Shown here: piece by piece, positions 38,901 to 51,139 of the stretch | Position numbering within the stretch: position 1 is the stretch's first letter | Layout: each line of letters begins with the position of its first letter | DNA from: Balanoglossus misakiensis | Taxonomy: Eukaryota > Animalia > Hemichordata | Direction of reading: 5' to 3' | Assembly (NCBI GenBank): GCA_040954595.2 | Contig: CM082578.2 | Coordinates: forward strand, 10,733,166-10,797,165 | Length of the DNA: 64,000 bases | Position numbers and translations under genes: made by a program | The notes under the pieces: model-generated | Told to the model about the DNA's origin: nothing | What the model saw: the letters and a program-made list of their open reading frames with translations, nothing else | The model's database searches: none

Positions 38901-41900
38901 AGGCCGTGTACTTCATTTTAGAACTACAACAGTGAAACTTGCAATTACACAATTCATTGACGGATTTAGTCTTGGCTCATCTGATCCTAAAACATCAACG
39001 GAATGGACCTTATTGTGACAACATCTGTGCTCATTTTCCCAAGAAGAAAAAAGCAGGATGGGTATAAACTGAAAAATAAATCTCATAGCTAGCTGGTCAT
39101 CACAGATTTGAGGAGGTTTAGCACGTCATCACAGGAGGGGGAAAAATCAGTCAGAGGAGACTTGAGACTTTTGCCGGTGATTTTCAAAGCACACTTAAAC
39201 TGCTGTGTCACAGATGGCTGTGTTGTGTCTGAAGGTCGTTTCCTCTACTTGATGCGTGAAGATTTCACAGAATTCAAACAGATGTCGCGCCTCGACTGAA
39301 GCATTCACTTTTTTGGTTGTGTCTGAGCCACTAGTTTGTTGCGACCGAGCCTTTTACAATAATCAGCTGAAGTCGGGCAGATTACGGTAATGCTCTGTTA
39401 CATCACATTGATGATCTCTGTCGATGAAATCATATCCCCACTAGCTTCTGGTTAATGTACATGTATGTACAGGTAGAGTGTCGTCTTGAAAGGTGAGCAG
39501 GCTCTTAATCATCCCTCGACAAAGTGTCAGGGTGCCACACTTTTTCTAATTTGAAAATTATTATCTCAGCCGTACAGGGACACACAAAGACTTCTTTTTT
39601 TAACTTCTGCAGTGAACTGTGTACTTCATGTTTACAAGGTGTAGGTGTAGTGGTAGTGAAAAAAACAATTGTAAGAACAGATTTGTAAGGGCCCTGATGT
39701 CAAAATTGTTTGTTCTGTTCCTTTCTCACTTGTATAGAGGGTTTGTCTTAAGATGCCTTAACCTTGGTTGCCACTGTTTCACAGTGCATGGGTCCAACAT
39801 CTTAATTCAGTGGGGTTGGACCACTGAGCTTGTGGTGAAAGGGTTAGGCTTTACATGCTTTACTTTCCCAAATCTCCATGTCAGCAGTTATCAATCTGCA
39901 TCGTATGATCCTATATGTTTTAATACATGTATGCTAGAACGACTTCAGGTAAGATGCAGAGACTGCGTGTGCCATTGTATGTTGCTGTAATTCTGTGCTG
40001 ACATTATCTCATCCTCATCATTGCTTGAAGCAGTCTGCAAAGCTTTTAAACCCATGTATTACAGTGAAACCATACTGCCTTTACTACTTCTCCATTCTGT
40101 CATTGTGATGTACTCCCCTTTTCTGTAGTGCCAAGCAATGTACATGTACGTCAGAGTAAATTTTCACTTGGAAAAGTAAAGTACACATGTATATCTGAAT
40201 TGTTCACAGGCCTGTTCAATGTAATAATACGTGTATAGAAATCGGGAGTACATAAATGACGAACGGAGGTCCCAATTGACGTAAGCACCCTATGTTTGGG
40301 GGTATTGCTGTTTAATATATGTGAACTGATCAGATAAAATGTGGGTTCCACTTTGGAGTCAAACATTGTCATGTTTGACCATAGTTCGTTATGTATGCTA
40401 CCGGTACATGCAGTAACATACATGTATGTGGATGTGACTCGGGTTGGAGATTTTCAGGCAGACCAGCCATTGAAATCAACACCCCCCTCTCAAAGTCTTG
40501 TGAAAGGTGGGTGAATTTGTGCAAACTTAGGAGGTGATGCCATTTAATGTGCAGAAAGACTCGTTGAGTGGGAGCTAATGGAGAACTGAAGGGGCTGTCG
40601 TATCGGTAATAATTTATAAGGCACTGGTAGGGAGAAAGGAAATGTTATCAAGCATTTGCCAGATACACATGCAGCGACAATTTCCTTTCATCATTTGAAC
40701 ACAAGTGGTTTTGTCTTGTGGGGGAGAATAGCTTCAGATGAAGCGCAGGTTTTGTTGTAGTTCAATTGTGATGCTCAAATTTGACACTATAAGTACAGCT
40801 TGGTTGCAGGCAAGTTCTCTGAACTACTATTTTTATTCATACATTTTATGCGTCATGTACATGCATATAAGCTTTGTGATGCCTGCCTCATCAATTAATG
40901 AAGACAATCTTTTTTCTGCCGGTTTCATTCTGCAGGGACGGATAAATCCGGATAAAACGTACACACTGATTACGCAGGTGAGGCCGCAGTGTTCGGAGCA
41001 GAGGCGGGAGCAGCTGAATGCCGGGTACCGGATAGAGGCCGGCAACGGCGTGGACGTCACGCGCATGAACCAAGACCAGGTGTTGAGGACCCTGACGAGT
41101 TACAAAGATGGAGTCATGCGGCTGCTCGTCAGCTACCCGCTGAGGCTCAAAGACAACATCCCGGGCGCGGCCGTCGACAACGACCCGGACAAAGTCGGCC
41201 CCATGGAATTCCCCGACAACAACTGCAGCAGCTCTCTGGACAACCAAGTCTCCACACTGGTCAAGGCCAACCTGGAGAGGTGCAAATCCGGCGAGAGCGA
41301 GCGCTCCGTGTCATTGAAGAGCACTTCCGATTCAGAGCAGCAGAGGCCGGCCGAAACCGGGGCGAACGCTCACAAGAAGGGATCAGGGGACTCCGCCGGG
41401 AATCCGACTTGCCCCGCCAGAAAGGACAGAAGACTGGTGAATTCCGTGACGTCCAAAACGGTCTACCAGAAACTGCACAACATGGACTCGGGAGACTCGG
41501 GAGACAGGGAGGTCGGTGGGAGGGTGCTGTCGAGACAGGCAATGAAGCAGTTCTCCAACGACCCCTGCAGCAGCCCCAGTCACTCCTCCCAGAGTCTGCC
41601 AATAATACCCGTGTCGTCGCAGAGTTCCCCTACGAGAGCAGCATCCTCCCCCCGTCCCCCCATGCAGAGGGCGGTGTCTCTCTCCAGCCCCGATGAACTC
41701 TACGACATCACGCTGGAGGAGCCCCACCTCATCAAGTGGAACGCCCCTTCCCAGGGAATCGACATTGAGAGAGACGTAGACGGCAAGCTGGGATTCAGAT
41801 ACAAGGAAGTACAGGTGAGTCGAAGTTGCAATTTCTACCTCCCTTGCGTGTGTATGTGTTTTAAGTCTAGTGTAGCTGTCTGGAGAATATCCATTGGCGA

Positions 41901-44900
41901 CCAGACTGAGATTGATGTTTGCGTACTCCCTGTGACTTGTAGGTATTCAATATAAAGAGTGAATATTGCTGGCTGGTGTTGGGTCAGTGTGCAACTCTGT
42001 TATCCACTGCTTGCGGGTCAGCGTTGAGTCTCTGTGGTGACCTTAGAGGTCACGAGTACAGATTTTAATGGGGCTTAAATAAGAGAAAACAATGGTCTGG
42101 CATCACCCAGTGTTCGCTTCAGACTTTCGAAATAATCACAGTTACCATGGTAACATGTAACCCTTGAGACACTGGGTGACCTGCTTGGAAGGTCAGCCAT
42201 TATGTAAAACCCATATCATTCAAATTGGTTACACAGCTATACTGTGAAGTGTGACCAGAATGTGAAATAGTTGCTTTATTTACAATGTTTGCTTTGATCC
42301 ATCTGAGTTATGTTTAGGCGGAAAACTAGATCATGCTTTCTCTGAGAAACGCAGGATGCTAATAGTTTCAGTCCATCAAGTAAAATAGAATTGACAGTGC
42401 GGTAATGAAAGCTGTCAGGGTAAGGTTTCTTCAAGTTCTCGGTGGCAGACTTTTCTGTTGGAGCAAGTGTGGCTTTGAGAGGAGGCATCCAGGGGCCAAG
42501 GAGTTTTGAAGAAAAACCAATTTCATTGATCATTACAGCCTCAGTGATAATGCAAGCAATTTCTAATAGTAGGATATTGAGGTAAAAGAACAAAAGTATG
42601 TGGCAATTTCAACCAACCAGCAGGAGGGTATATACTCTGTTTCTTTGAACACAAGTGATTAGCAGAGGAATTATTTGAGACGAAATTGTCGTCGGCATGA
42701 GAACACTATTTCGTACGACGAAAAGTGCAGGTACGGAAAAGGGGGATCGCAGCATTCAGGATCACACATGTCAATCTGTATGTATGTCTCTCGTAATTAA
42801 AACAGTTGCCACCCCTATGTCGCAGTGTCGCACATGCATGCCAGGAAGATCTCTACTTCACCTCCCGGACCCGGGAGCACTGCGCAAGTGCCATTGAAAG
42901 TGGAGAACAGGGTGCTGATGCAGACAAGCCTGAGTGCCCAGGAAACCTATTAGACCTGGCTGGTTCGATTGCGATGTCTGCAAAGATGGATTAAGGCTGA
43001 GGCTCATCAGTGTGCAGAAAAACATTAACCAGTGCCCCAGTTCATCAGACGTGATCCACGTACAGCGACGTGATCATGCGTCTCCGTGATCTTATCCCAA
43101 ATATTAAATTGCCTCAGCTCTGGAACATGTTCATTCCCGCCGTATCCGCGGATAAGATATCCCACTCATGTAATGAAAACGTATCGGAAATTACTTTTCT
43201 CGAACGTTCTCAAACACGTTTGCATTTGCACAATGGAGAAGTCTCAAACAGCTGTCTTAGAAGGATTTCCCCAAATCTGGCCAAGTAAAGGATGTTTTTT
43301 TCATTTCCTGCGTGTTCTATAGTAAAATCTGGCAGTATACAATGTAGTTTTGGAGAGACTGACATAATTTTAAAGGGAGAAAGGCTTTTGACAATATTTG
43401 GGTTTTATACTTAAGATACTTTTGATAGAGTCTTAGCGGCCATTTTTTAGGGTGTACCACAAAATTCTGTGTGGAGATTCACATCGACGCTGATGCACGG
43501 GTTGAATTCACTCAAGTCACATCACATTCAGTGCCGGCATAATAATTTACGACCTCAGTCTAAACATTGAAATTGCAATGAAATAGAAATCGGATCAGAT
43601 GTTAGCTACCGGGCTATTAATGGCCCAATAGGGATTACCGTCCTTTGCATTTTATGCAATCGGCAGTCAACCTGAATGAGGAAGATCATTTCTAAAATTA
43701 CGCAGGAATAATGAAATTCCACATGAATGACATTTCATGGATCAGTTGTGTTTGAGTTAGCCTGGAAATCTACACGTCTAAACTTGGATCATCTTTGGCT
43801 TGTGACTGCTTGCTGTTACTGCTACAATTCTATTTTCAGTGTAGGTACCTGTATCTTACAAAGGACAGTTTACTGTTACGTTACTTTTTATGATATTTTC
43901 AGTCTTTTTATTCCACTTTCTTTTTCTACTCCCTACAATATGTTTACATGCCCAGTATTTAGCAATAGTGCATGGCATTTTTAACAGTGTGCATTTATTT
44001 TTGATATCAGGGCAGAATTTCACAGCCTGGTTTTACACTTAAATATTAGTCGAAAAAAGGGTAAATGGCGGACTAAAGGTATTGATCACAGATTCTTCAA
44101 GGATACGCTGACCTGGGGCTTTTTAACTTCGGCTGCTTTCATCAGAAAAAAAGCTTGATGTCTGGATTTGATACAGAGACATTCAGATTGTACAGGGGGC
44201 AGTGAATTGTGAATGCAATCTGCACAGCGTGTTTGATAGCATAGTAGGATTGGAACTTGGGCGCTTGCGTCTAACTTCTTCTGCATGCAGGTCACGTTGG
44301 CGGAGTAGAAAAGGCAACATAACACATTCTCGCCACCTGAAAATGCACCGCGTGTCTCCTGTGTGTTCAGTAGCTGCCGAAATTGCTGTCAGAATCTGCG
44401 GTTGATGAATAAAATGCTTTAGATACATTGAGGGGATGCACAGCATTGCCATGGAAACGGTGAGGCCTTTGGCTTGTTGCAGCGTACAAGCAAATTGCTG
44501 CCCAAGTTCAAAACATGTAGACTAGTTATGAGGCAACTTAATATGACACTTATGTGTATTGCATCTGCCAAAGTTGAATAAATGTTACTAATTCTCTCAA
44601 TAAGTGTACTTTATATTCAAGATATAAATGTCATAGTACTTTCGAAAAACTAGGACACCCCTGACATATTGGTTCTGGAAAGATTACCAGTCAGACAACT
44701 TTAATCAGTCTGTTATTAAACCCAGACTCCAAGCATATTTGCAGGAATTCAAATCAGTAAATTTGTCAAAACACTGACAAGAAGCCTTGCTGTGAATAAA
44801 TACAAAATCAATATTCATTAGTCTAAAAAACTCCACGTTAAAATAATCCATCCAATCTTTTTTTTCTAATATTGCGTTCTTTGACCCAAGTGTTAAAGAT

Positions 44901-47900
44901 AACTGATAGCACATCAATATGTTCTCATTTTTTCCCCTGAACATTTCCTTTTTGTAAGATTTAGGTCACAGTTGTTCAAATATTTATAATACTGTATACA
45001 CCTATCAGTCGAAGCTCACAACTGATGCCAATAATCATATCCTATTAATATCAAGTCACTTTACCTTTATGTTTTGTTTTTTCTTACTGAAATAAGCCAA
45101 CACACTGTATGCGGAATTTGTAATTTTTTACAGAACATGCTAAAAATATCTCCTTGTTTCATCACAACCCAAATTTACCGATGGTCTCTGTGCATTGACA
45201 CGAAGTATCTGATAGAAAGCAGAGGCATCTTCTCAAAATAGTAATTGTGCAAGTCGGGAATTGAATACATGTATATGGATTCAATAGTCAATAGAGTTGT
45301 GTAGGTGTGCAGTTTGTGCGTTCAGTGGAAATTGCTGTCATCTTCTGTCACGTATATTGAGACCAGGTCAAAAGCAACTGAAAGGTTATCTGTCAGTTTG
45401 GGTTACTGGAATCTCTGGAATAGGCTTGTGTATTCTTAATCTGCTGGGTCGAATTACTAGAAAATGTCACCTTGTCTGAGTCCGAGATCTCAAGGGGACT
45501 GTTCTCGTTTCTGTGGGTGTCTGTATAGGATTCTACTGATGGTGATTTCAATGTTTGCGCCTTTTCAGAATAAAGAGGATCCCAGGGAAGTGTTCACGCT
45601 TGTCAAGGAAGTTTTCCCCAACAGTCCCGCTTTGGGGAGTTTACAGAAGGGAGACAGGATTCTCTCGGTGAATGGACAACATCTGCAAGATACCAGAAAG
45701 GTATGTGTTACTGATATCTTATGGATCTCTGATGAATATCCACTCGTTTAAGAATTTGGTGGCCCTGGAATATTTTTTCACTGAAACTGTTTGATTGGAA
45801 CCCTGGAAAGTTTGCACTATGCAACAGTCAGGATTCTTTGCTAGCATTATTTGGCTCGCAGAAACGTGGCTTCCTGCAATCCTCTCATGTCTGCGATGTA
45901 CTGTTTGCCTCGATTTCTCAGGGTATCAACACAGCGTCCATAGTCAACAGGAGCGAGGGCGAAACGGTGCGCATCATCATCCAGCGTCCCAGAGGACTGC
46001 GCGAACGCAAACCCGACACCGTCAATGCCGCCGACATCAAGTTGGACTGGCCGGCCGAGCGGAAGAGCAGCGGCGTGGCCCGGTCCGAGCTGCAGGCGAG
46101 ACCTCACCAGAGAATCTCGACCTCCAGGAGCCCTTCCAGAGAGCAGCAGAATAATACGGGTGTGATGACGAGCGGCGGGGAGGGGAAGAAGCGCCCCCAC
46201 AGCGGCAGCAGCACCTCGCAGGGGACGGCCACGTCGCAGTCGTACAACTCCCGGCCGATACACGTCCACGAGGTCACGGACCAGCTGGGAAGTCCGCCGC
46301 AGTGGAGCGCGCCGGTCAACAGACCGAACTATTTGCCGTGCGACGTCCTGTACTCTAATATGCAAGCGGCAGCCCCTCCGAACGGGCTGCACTCGACCTA
46401 TCACATGACCGGGCGGGATCCGGGCCAGCTGGACTCCATGGACAATCCCATGCTCGTTACTGTGAACGCAGACACTAGGTTGGACATTACGGTAAGGCCC
46501 ACGAACCCCGTCGCAAACGGCCTCAACAACAGCAAGAAAACCTGCAGCCTACAACTCAACATCACCCGGTCTCCTCACGGATCTCCCGCCCACACGCCGA
46601 CCGCAGACGGCGGCGGCGGCGTTGCCACGGCGCTTCCGATCCCCGCATCCACTTCGACGCCGACCCCCAATGGATGCACTTGCCTGGCCCTCTGGAACAG
46701 CCCCCTGAAGGACACTTTCAAGAAAATCAACCGCAAGTCCAAGGAAGAGGCCGGCAGCGGTTACGACAACCACCTGGACCCAAGAGACGTCAACTGCAAC
46801 AATCTCAACCCCATGAACTCAGGTGACACGTGCAATGATGCTGAGCGGACGTGTGTGAATCAGGTGAGATTTTATGTCGAGCCAAAATAGACCAAAGTTT
46901 TGGTAAGAAAGGTACATATGGGTAAATGACAAGGCAACAAGCCTCTATATTCTGAGTTGATCTTTGGCCTTCTTTGACCCTGCTGTCTCCGTTTAATCCT
47001 ACTCATTGTTATCCTTTTGGGGAAAGATGGTCAGGAACTTCTGCCAGAACTAAACTGTTCAAATTTATGGTCCGTGATCCTTGAACACTTTGTTCTTTTG
47101 CCACTAAATTCTGTAATTATCTTTGTAGAGTTTTTTGTACACCCTTTATCAGAAGTGTGTTTTCTGCTGTCCAGATATACCCTAAACAAAACACCAGCAA
47201 TTTGATTTTGCAGGTCTAAGATCAGGTACATGTGTACTTGATAGAGAAAAACTGAAGGTGGGTGGCTTGCATGAGTCTGACTTTAATATCAGAGACAGAC
47301 TGCTGTATTTTGAGGCAGCCGGGCGATATCATCAAACTTGTTTTTCCCAAATGGAAATGAGACATTTTGAACAGAAATCAACCCACACCTACCGCGCCCG
47401 GTAGATATAAATATTGGTCTTTTCTTTTGACTGCCGTGTTTTTGTCGTAAAAACATGCCCATTCCCTTATGAATAGAGACATCACTGACAAAGAGTGATC
47501 ACCATAAATATACATGCATGGAGTTGACCTCCACCTCTCGTAGCAATTGTCACTCTTTCAGAATTGCGTGAGATCTTTTTGGGATTACATCATCACCGAG
47601 GCATCATAAATCAAGAAGGGTCGATCTCGGCGTGTATGCCACATCCAATTGTGGCGGAATTTCCATTCCGTGGCATTGGATTCTGATGATGCATGACATC
47701 ATAAATTTACTGCGGGGGAAGTTAGCATTGCTGCTGTCGCAGAGTGCAACGGTTGCAGGTCGTTGCTCTGAGGAATTAGAACTACCTGATCGGCATATTA
47801 ATTGGTTGATGTGCTGTGATTTGTGTTTTTCTGTATATTTCAAAACATATACTGCACAGCAGGATGCCTGTCTCGATTCCTCCACACTTCTTGGCCAGCG

Positions 47901-48897
47901 GTCGTTCAACTCTGGGCCCCAGGGTGATCAGGCCAACAACATTCGCTTTACAAGTGAGAATGACAGATGCTGTCACAGCAGGGTAAACACCGGTTGAGTT
48001 GACATCGGTGGGCACTGGGTTAACAGTGGGCTAGCTCTGTGCTAACAGAAGGCAGGCTGTGGGCAGGGGCTACTGCTCAGAATTAGATTGCACCCTGGCT
48101 TCTGTTCTCCAGCATTCCAGGCTGTCCAGGCAGAAGTGAATGTGACCAGTGCTGAAAATTAGACTCTGTCTATTTATTGGCTATCTCCAATGAAATAAAA
48201 ATCAAATCAGAATGGTTTGGTTGCCTATCATGATTTACAACCAGAATTTCTGTCATGTTTGGTTATTTTTTACAATTTTTAACACAACTCTCAAACATTA
48301 CCGTATTCACCTTTTCCCCTTTCCAAGTTATGTAATGCCAAATCCATATTCACTTGCAGAATGTCCATCAAAATGGAAACAAACCCTGCACCTACGGTGA
48401 CAACGGCAACGACAATGGTCCCACTAAGGACATGTACGAACTGCGACCAATCAGAGTGTCCCTAGACACGCACATTAAGAGCGTGCCCTGTGGGCTGTTC
48501 ATTCTGATCTGTCAGCATATGAACATTAACATGGTGCTTCACGGCAGAGACTGGAGGGGATTAGCCGGTAAGTGGTCGCCATGGCAATGAAAGATTCACT
48601 ATTTGTACATGCTGTGGTGTTCATGAATTTAAAATCTTTCGTAGCTGAAGATAGACTTTTTTGTTAGATTTTTTTTTTTTTTTAACAAGTAATAATTATC
48701 TGTCCTTTGCAGATGAAATGGGGAAGTCGATGCAAGATATTCTGGTCCTGGAGATGGAAGACGATCCTTGCAAAGCGCTTCTGACAGACTGGGGAAGCAG
48801 TTCGCAAGCCACGCTTGGCCGTCTCGTAGACATTCTGCTCAGACTGGCCAGGGAAGATGTGGTGGATGTCATCAAGAATTACATCTCATCGCACTGA
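35781..48897 (+). CDS. PDZ-PDZ-death domain (MyD88-type DD) protein, ~824 aa; join(35781..35909,40936..41814,45569..45700,45922..46863,48360..48567,48713..48897)
   Basis: Kozak CCCACCATGG with an upstream in-frame stop. All introns are GT-AG and phase-compatible (0,0,0,0,1); the total of 2475 nt is open. PDZ1: VELIKNDEDNNLGVKV...LITQVRP...LNAGYRIEAGNGVDV...VMRLLVS. PDZ2: IDIERDVDGKLGFRY...LVKEVFPNSPALGSLQKGDRILSVNGQHL...TVRIIIQR. DD: DWRGLADEMG...DDPCKALLTDWG...ATLGRLVDILLRLAREDVVDVI. Confidence 0.85.
36663..38472. mobile_element. Non-autonomous Kolobok-type DNA transposon with ~640-bp terminal inverted repeats
   Basis: TTAA on both flanks (36659-36662, 38473-38476) and AG...CT termini. Arms 36663-37304 and 37832-38472 are reverse complements; the only difference I found is one base in an A/T run. 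527-bp spacer. Confidence 0.85.
37310..37622 (+). pseudogene. Frameshifted KolX / P2X7-ballast (nanor)-like Cys-rich ORF remnant inside the transposon
   Basis: MEFSNEDIVGFLYEPEYSSDEM + acidic run, then after a frameshift DRLRLSSRSWCSC, then after a 5-bp gctgc duplication GKCEVISTVKECRCCHEID. Matches the Y.FEP...WC.CG.C.....EC.CC.EI signature. Confidence 0.7.
40936..41814 (+). CDS. PDZ-PDZ-DD gene coding exon 2 (rest of PDZ1, Ser-rich linker, start of PDZ2)
   Basis: Acceptor ttcattctgcag|, donor CAG|GTGAGT, 879 nt, inside ORF 40738..41955. Confidence 0.88.
45569..45700 (+). CDS. PDZ-PDZ-DD gene coding exon 3 (PDZ2 core)
   Basis: Acceptor ccttttcag|, NKEDPREVFTLVKEVFPNSPALGSLQKGDRILSVNGQHLQDTRK, donor AAG|GTATGT. 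Confidence 0.9.
45922..46863 (+). CDS. PDZ-PDZ-DD gene coding exon 4 (PDZ2 end, disordered linker)
   Basis: Acceptor gatttctcag|, 942 nt GC3-rich, donor CAG|GTGAGA. Confidence 0.88.
48360..48567 (+). CDS. PDZ-PDZ-DD gene coding exon 5 (start of death domain)
   Basis: Acceptor cacttgcag|, ...LFILICQHMNINMVLHGRDWRGLA, phase-1 donor G|GTAAGT. Confidence 0.85.
48713..48897 (+). CDS. PDZ-PDZ-DD gene last coding exon (death domain, stop)
   Basis: Acceptor cctttgcag|, (D)EMGKSMQDILVLEMEDDPCKALLTDWGSSSQATLGRLVDILLRLAREDVVDVIKNYISSH*. Confidence 0.9.
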
Positions 48898-49492
48898 GCT
48901 TGATGGAGCCCTTTTGTTTAATCCGTCGATATATTTTGTTTGCACACAGAGATACGGTTTCATATCTGACTAATGTTTGTCGCTAATATTCAGATCAGGA
49001 ACCTGGGAGAAAATGGGATTTGAATCCATGTGTGAAACGGATCGATATTTTTGAAGAGTGAATTGAGTGTAGAGATTGGTGAAGCAGACAGTACCAGAGG
49101 GAAGATTTAAAAACAAATAACAGATCAAAACATGGGCTGCTTCACTCCAGATTTAGTGAAAGAAATCTGAAGAAAAAAGCCAAACCCCAAACGGATGTGT
49201 TCACAAACTTGCTTTCAAAGAAGATCGATAGTTCCCTGGCAGAGTTGAAGAGTTTTGCAGCCATGTTGAATGACAAAGTGTGGCTGCATTTTGAATCCTG
49301 GGTTTAGTTTCCTTTGATCTTTAACGGAAAAGAATATTAGGTGCACCAAATAAGCCAAGTTCACGTGTGTATATAAAGTAAAAGACGTAAGATAATAATT
49401 TTCAAGGCGTGTCCTACGTTAGAAAAGAATCGTAAGTTACATCTCGCTCAGAAAACACAATAGCTGTGAGTCTTTCTCTCTTTCTCTTGCTA

Positions 49493-50049
49493 CACGTTAC
49501 AATATTTTACCGTATGTAATTTTGGGTGTTGGGTCAACCAGAGCTGTTTTGCCACGTCTCTCATTATTAGTCTACTCAGATGTATTTTCCACACATACCA
49601 ACCGCGTGTACACAACTGAAGTTACTGGGAGTAATTGATTCAGTGGGGAGTTAGCAGACAATCTGAGAGGTTTACCACTTATACATGTCTTTCTTTTGTT
49701 CTGTTGGGATTTGTTGGAGAACCATTGGCGCTCACTCGCAGTATTACCTTTGGGAGTTTGGAATCTCAAGGCATCAGCCATCAGTATTGATTTCCAGCAG
49801 TGTTCTAATAGTTTGCCAGGGCAAACTGAAATCTGCAATGCTAATAAATAAGTTAGTCATCTCCATTGCATCTTCGGCCGTCTCCGCCTGCAGAGACCAG
49901 AATATAGGAAAGAGTATAATGCAAGCTGAGGCCTGAATTCAAAAACTTGCATTATTTTGCCCAGGAGTTTAATGTAAGCTGTGGCCAACAGCTCAAAGCT
50001 ATTTGGAATAAGGCTGCTTTGGTTACTCTCTGGTAAAATTTTTACAGTG
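49493..50049. mobile_element. Possible old MITE with CAC...GTG termini downstream of the PDZ-DD stop
   Basis: Left end cacgttacaatattttacc versus reverse-complemented right end cactgtaaaaattttacc; both flanked by TA; diverged. Confidence 0.3.
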
Positions 50050-51139
50050 TAATTTCACACGAGTAAAACATTTTGCTCCTTAGCAATATTTTTTGTCAGA
50101 CAACAGTCTTGCCTTGTCACTGTTAAGTTTTGCCAGCCCGTTACTCATAATAAATTTTTCACTTCTAACGATAAATGACATTTGGATTTACAAGTCGTTC
50201 AGTGAATTGAATAATGCTAACATTCCATAACTCTCAAGTATTATAAGGTGTTGTTCTGATGTGTCATGTCAAAATGTTTGATGGGATTTGTTTTAGGTTA
50301 TATGTGAACATCAGAACATTGCCAGGGTTTATCAATAACATCACTTCATAGCTATTAATTTTTTTTACAATTTTATACTGATTCAGTTTCTGACCCATGT
50401 TATGAAAGGTTCAGACCATTGGCAGGCCATTGGTGGTTTTTTTCTTCTTCGTCGCAATTCAGAAGCATCAGCTGGGCATCTGTTTTGTTGCCTTTCTTTG
50501 TTTACTTCTTCTGAGCAAGGAATAAATTATAGGAGTAGAATTTGATAATTTTATACCAGGTGGGAATAAGCGTGTAATTATCTCTTTCAATTAACAGTGT
50601 TCGAACGATTGTGAATAATTTAGTTCCAGTTTTCATAGGGTTCGAAAAAAAATGTAAATAGAAAAGAATTTAAAAGTGTGGCGTTAGGGGGCGCTATCCC
50701 ACATTTTCATAAAACAACGTTGTCATGGACGTTTTAGCAAGTTCAACTCATAGGTTCCGACTCACTTCACAATTTACAGATTTTATCATTAACATGCAAT
50801 AGATGTGTACTTGTAGAAACATTCAACACAGACAATTAGGGAGTCCAAATAGAAGTATTGAAACGTATAATCTATTGCATCAGGAAAATGCTCTTTGTGT
50901 CGATAATGTAAAAGAATTGTACATACCGTCTAGATTGATGTACAGTTTATTTTGTGAATGAAAGCGTGTAAAAAATTATGCAGATAAGCATTGGTGTTTC
51001 ATATTTTAGTTCGAAGATATTTGCTTCACAAGTTGTACATTTACAAATAATCTGTCCACCACTCAACTTCGTATGTTGTGTGTTCAAATTTGCCTTCTCT
51101 CTTTATGCATTTCTGTCGGAATAATCCATTACATATTAA

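Noticed and set aside
42806-42994. Exon-like ORF in PDZ-DD coding intron 2
   Set aside because: Inclusion would split PDZ2, the donor is weak, and there is no motif.
40989-46773. Overlapping and antisense ORFs on PDZ-DD exons (40989..41696, 45847..46404 and others)
   Set aside because: Shadow frames of GC-rich exons.
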